Source of the DNA: Gracilinanus agilis
Lineage: Eukaryota
Direction of reading: 5' to 3'
NCBI RefSeq assembly: GCF_016433145.1
Contig: NC_058135.1
Span: 227,811,352-227,875,351 of the forward strand
Length of the DNA stretch: 64,000 nucleotides
Below the pieces are notes generated by a model that was not told the origin of the DNA, did not search any database, and saw only the letters and a program-made list of their open reading frames with translations. The translations under genes were made by a program, and so were the position numbers. This document shows positions 59,471 to 64,000 of this stretch, in pieces. Within the stretch, counting starts at the first letter, position 1, and each line of letters starts with the position of its first letter.

Positions 59471-61999
59471 TTATGCCAACAAAGCTGAAAACCCCACTCA
59501 AAAACGGAAAAGGGAATTCTGGGTACATGGTAATAGCAAGTCAGTCAAAAATTAATAGGTGGCAGCAGAGATCCTTAGAGGAATTATAGAGACCAGACCA
59601 GACACAGATCAATGAGCAAAAAAAAAAAGAAAAGAAATAAAAAAAAAGAATAGCTCAATAGGACCACTCAGAAGTCCACAACTGGATGACACTTGCCAGG
59701 CTGTCCACATGATCCAAAGGGATGCCACCTTAGTACAATTTGCCTTGCCTGTGCATGTGTTTCCCATGTATATGACCTTTCCATGTGTGCTTCTTGGCTG
59801 TGTTTCCTATATAGATATTCCTTCTCCCACTGATAATAGGAGTCTACTCCCATGTGTGTATGTGGGGGTGGGGTGGGTCATTCATGCTATATTGTTTAAT
59901 TAAATGTCTTTAGCTTTGAAATAGTGTGTTTGGGGGCTAATCAGTTAAAAAGAAGGGTAGAAAGCTGACAAGGAGTTGTGTTTCTGAGTGGATGCTGTCT
60001 TATGAAGCCCACCTTGAACTTGAGCTAGTTTATTTGTTTTTGGTGGAGGGAAGGGAAGAGCAGCTCCAAACTGGGTTTGGTCTGGGATATATAGATCATT
60101 ACCCCACTCTTCTTAGATATCTCTTGATGTTTCCTTCTTCTCATGTTGAGAGATTGGTAGGGGAAACAACTACTTACACACATCCAGGCATTCCATAGCC
60201 TAAAAAATCCTGGCACTCCCTCAAGCTATCATCCTATGGCTCTTCTTTCCTTGCTGAACTCTTAGAAAGTCATCTATGCCACTGCCTCCTCCACTCTTTG
60301 CAGTCTGGTTTCTGACCTCACCCCTGAATTGAAATTCCTCCACTAAAAATCATGGGTTAACTCTTAACTGCCAAATCAGTTGGTCTTTTCTCAATCCTCT
60401 TCCTCCCTGACTTTTCTGAACCTTTCAACACCACTGCACATCCTCTCCTCAAAGCTCTCCCACCCTTGGCTTTCTATGATGCTACTATCCCCTATAACTG
60501 GTCTGACTGTTCTTTGTTATTTTCTTTCCCTGGGTCATCCTCCTCTTTATACTTCCTAAAAATACAGTTATCTTCCAAAGTCCTTTTCTAGGCCCTCTTC
60601 CTGGATGATCTCATCTACACCCTTGAGGCCAAATTATCTGAGAACACAGGATTTATAGCCCAAAGGGACCTTAAATCAACTACTTCAATGCCCTCATTTT
60701 TATAGATGCTAGGTGGTATAGTAGATAGTGTCAGACCTGGAGTCAAGAAGGCTTCTCTACCTCAATTCACTCTTTGCAGTCCTTACATACCATTTACCTC
60801 AGTTCCTCATCCCTAAAAATGAGTTGATTGAGGAAATGGCAAACCTTTCCAGTATCTTTTCCAAGAAAACCCCAAATGGAGTCAAGAAGATTCTGAAAAT
60901 GACTGAACACATAGATAAGAATGCTTGGTCTGTAGTCAGGAAGATCTGAGTAAAAATGTGACCTCAGACACTTGCTAGTTGCATGACCCTGGACAAGTCA
61001 CTTATCTGTCTCAGTTTCCTATCTATAAAATGGAGCTAATAACACCTACTTCACAGGGTTGTTGTGAAAACCAAATAACATTTGTTAAGCTTGCTCCATA
61101 AATGCTTTTTGCTTTCCCCTTTGCTTTATAGCTAAAGAAACTGAGGCCCAATGGCAATTAAAATTAAAGTGACCATATCTTCTCCCCAGATTCATCCCCT
61201 TCACACATACATCCCAACTGTCCCTTGGTTCTAATTTTCCTATGTTTGTTGATAGCATCACCATCTTCATAGTCTTTCAGGAGTCATTTTTTCCTTTTTT
61301 CTCTTACCTTCCATACCTGCCCCCCTCCCACCCCCATTGCCTGTCAATCCCAACTCTACAATATCTCTCATGGCCACCCCCTAATCTTAACCCTAAGTGA
61401 AGCTCTCATGGCTTCTCATCTGCACTATTATAATGACCTACTTTTAATTTGTCTCTTTCTGCATTCCTTCCCTTCTACAATGTGTCCTCACGCAGCTGCC
61501 AAAAGAATGTGCCTACTTCACAGAGCTGCCCGTATCACTTCAGTGGCTCCCTAATGCCTATGGAATAACTCCAGCCCAGTTTCATATAACCACCTCCATC
61601 TCTCCATGCATTTTGGCTAGTAGCCAAATTGGACAGTTAGATGTTTGCTTAACTCAAAATCACATAACTTTGTGTAGGCACACCCCCAAGCCTAGAAGGC
61701 ATTTTTCCTTTTGACCTTCAGGATCTTCTTCAAGGCTTAGCTCAGGGATCAGTTCTTCCTTGAATTGATCAGATTTTCTCCTTCAAATTTCCCTCCTGCT
61801 TTGTCTACTATTCCCCTTTGACTCCACTATACCCTATTCTGTACCTCCCCAAATATTTCAATGACTGTATGTACCTTATCACAGGTGTGTAGGAGCCATA
61901 CAATTGTAAAATTTTCTCTCAGCATCTATACCTAGGAAATCAAAAATTGCTATAAAGTCCAGGCTTGTTTTGATGGATTGTCTTAAGAAAATACATAGT

Positions 62000-64000
62000 A
62001 AAGCACACACATCTGCCTCCCCCCTTGTTAAAAATTTACCAACACCCCCTGCTTATTCCTCTCTACGGACTCATTGATGGCAAGAATTGATTGCTTTTTT
62101 TTAACTAGCAGTGAAGTGTTTAATAGAATTTGAAAATAACTATAATGTAGTGTTAGATTAGTGTCAAAGAGAGGACCCAGCAAAGACCCAGTGGGAACTT
62201 TGAAAAGGGACAAATCACTTTCACCTGAGGATAGGGTGAAGGTCAAGGAAGGAGTTATGGAGTGCAAACTGAGGAAGGCCTTCAAATTAGTCTCTTTCAT
62301 AAAGCTGAACAAGGAGAAGCCTTCAACTGGGTCTGGATGGGTAGGGTTCACTGGTGCCAGCAAAGAAAGTCTAACCCAATCCTTTGCTGAGGTCAGTATA
62401 GTAGGCTGAGCTGATTCCTAGCCTGGGAACCTCACTTGCCCTCCCGCTTAACAATCCGCCAAGTCCCAATAAAGACAGAGACCAGGGAAGGCCCCTTTAG
62501 AGGGGTTGGCCTTTCTCTTTTTTATTTCTTTGTGGAAACCCCAAAAGTCTTGCACAGTTGGAGAAACAGATAGACAAGGGTCATGTTCTTTTATGACCTG
62601 CTTCTGCCCAAAGGCCCAGGTCGCTCCTATTTTTATAGGCTGTGCAGCTTCAGGCTGGCCCTCATCCCAGGGCTTAGCTTTCCCAGTCCTGCCTACCCCA
62701 GGGCTTTTCTGGTCCTCTGCTCTCTTCCCAGGGGGCTGGCCCATCCATCTTGAGGGTCAGTTTGGCCATTGAGTAACTAGGGTGTGTCTCAAGGGTCTGA
62801 AAAATTTGTGTTGAATTTGGTTACTCAAGAACAGTCCTGGTTGGGCTGGGGCAGTCAGGGCTTAAGAGTTGTGGGGGCCCATTGGTTTGGGGTGGGTGGG
62901 CTTGGGAGGGCACAGGATTTACCAGCTCCCCCCAGGTCAGCTCTGGGATGGGGGGAGATGACGAAGCTGAACCTCCCTCTGTTATTGCTGGTGAATCCCA
63001 AGAAGGCCCCCACCTCTAGCCCCGTTATGGGAAGGCCTGGTGTAATTTCCCTAAAATAACCCAAACCCCAAAGGTGTGTATGTGTCAGAAATGCATCAGA
63101 GATCAAGCTTCTCCTCGTCCCAAGGGCAGGGGTGGGAAGGTGGCTAGGCTGGGGGCAGTGGTCAGCCATGGCAGGTTGGGAGAAGAGGAGGGAAGAGATA
63201 CTAGGACAGGGATTAAGAGACAGAGATTGGGGAGGGGATGGAACAGGTGGTGAGATGACAGGACCCAGACAAACTGAGAAACACTCAACTCCCACCTCCA
63301 TCCACACAGGAACTCCTAGGCTTGCAGCTGTCAACCCTGCTTCCTGCACCTCATCTACAATCCCAACCCCCAACTGCCCCAGAGAAGAGGGTGCTGGAGG
63401 GGTCCTTGCCACTACTGGAGGGTGTGTGTGGGAAGAGCCCTAGGGTCTTTGGTCATGCCGAGCTGATACCCCCAATTAGAGAGAAAGTGCACGGAGATGG
63501 GGTCTGGGGACTCGGCAAGGGCAAGGATAGGGAGATGCAGGAAGACACTGGTCCAAGATTTGCTTAAAGTGTGCTTTGGGATCATCGGTGGTCAGGGCCA
63601 GCCTCAGCTTCTCCTCCAAGTCCCACTCCACTCCCCGACTACTTATGACTCTTAGGTTCCCCTCTCCCCACCCCACCAGGGATCCTGAGCAGACTAGCCA
63701 GTGCCTTCCTCCCCCTCCAGGCAGGAGACTGGAATTGGAAGCCCAGAGGGCAGGAATGGAACATCTTGGGGCTGACACAGTGGGGACATGGTAGGGAGGG
63801 GAACGGTCACCGGAGCTTCGTGAACCTCTTTGGTCTGGGGACTCTGGGGAAGGGGTGTGGAAGCTGGGGTTCCCCAGGGCCAGGGGCCGGGGCCACGGAC
63901 CTAGATTCCGGACCAAAGGCCACCATAGGTCATTGGGGGAGGGGCCTCGGTCATCTTGTCCAAACTAGAAGAAAAAAAAAAAAAATGCGGAGCGAGTTCA
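62000..64000 (-). other. Probable 3' UTR of the neighbouring gene (LZTS3 by synteny)
   Basis: About 2 kb free of recognisable repeats, G/C-run rich, with a candidate ATTAAA at 62124-62119 (minus). In human LZTS3 lies just upstream of UBOX5 on the same strand. No LZTS3 coding sequence is visible, so this is inference. Confidence 0.4.

Noticed and set aside
62855-63916. ORFs of 100-185 aa at the right end as LZTS3 exons
   Set aside because: None resembles the LZTS coiled-coil or the C-terminal ESTEI-type motif. They are explained by high GC content. The TGA at 64000-63998 could be a stop codon but cannot be tested at the window edge.

Overview
Marsupial genomic DNA. The SINE1_Mdo-type SINEs, L1_Mdo-type 3' UTRs and strong CpG depletion point to an opossum such as Monodelphis (inference). 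The window holds the whole UBOX5 (RNF37) gene on the minus strand: non-coding exon 1 in a CpG island at about 58.45-58.57 kb, then coding exons at 25221-25274, 22925-24131, 17235-17399 and 13275-13483, giving 544 aa with a U-box and a C-terminal RING. The single-coding-exon gene FASTKD5 (47596-50031, 811 aa) is nested in UBOX5 intron 1 on the same strand and appears to share exon 1. By mammalian synteny the repeat-free right end (about 62-64 kb) is probably the LZTS3 3' UTR and the left end faces the vasopressin/oxytocin-family cluster; neither is proven here. The rest is intron and intergenic DNA rich in SINE, LINE, LTR and DNA transposons. Most unusual observations: (1) a ~350 bp intronic patch joining a decayed copy of the FASTKD5 RAP-domain sequence to a YBX cold-shock-domain fragment that appears spliced; (2) a pogo/Tc2-like DDD transposase fossil cut into three pieces by two independent, oppositely oriented solo LTRs; (3) competing splice donors on UBOX5 exon 4 that would switch the RING on or off; (4) upstream ORFs on the UBOX5 leader but not on the FASTKD5-specific leader; (5) two hAT MITEs with perfect 8-bp TSDs resembling OposCharlie1. 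I found no clearly new gene system. All alignments were done by eye and comparisons to human or mouse proteins are from memory.
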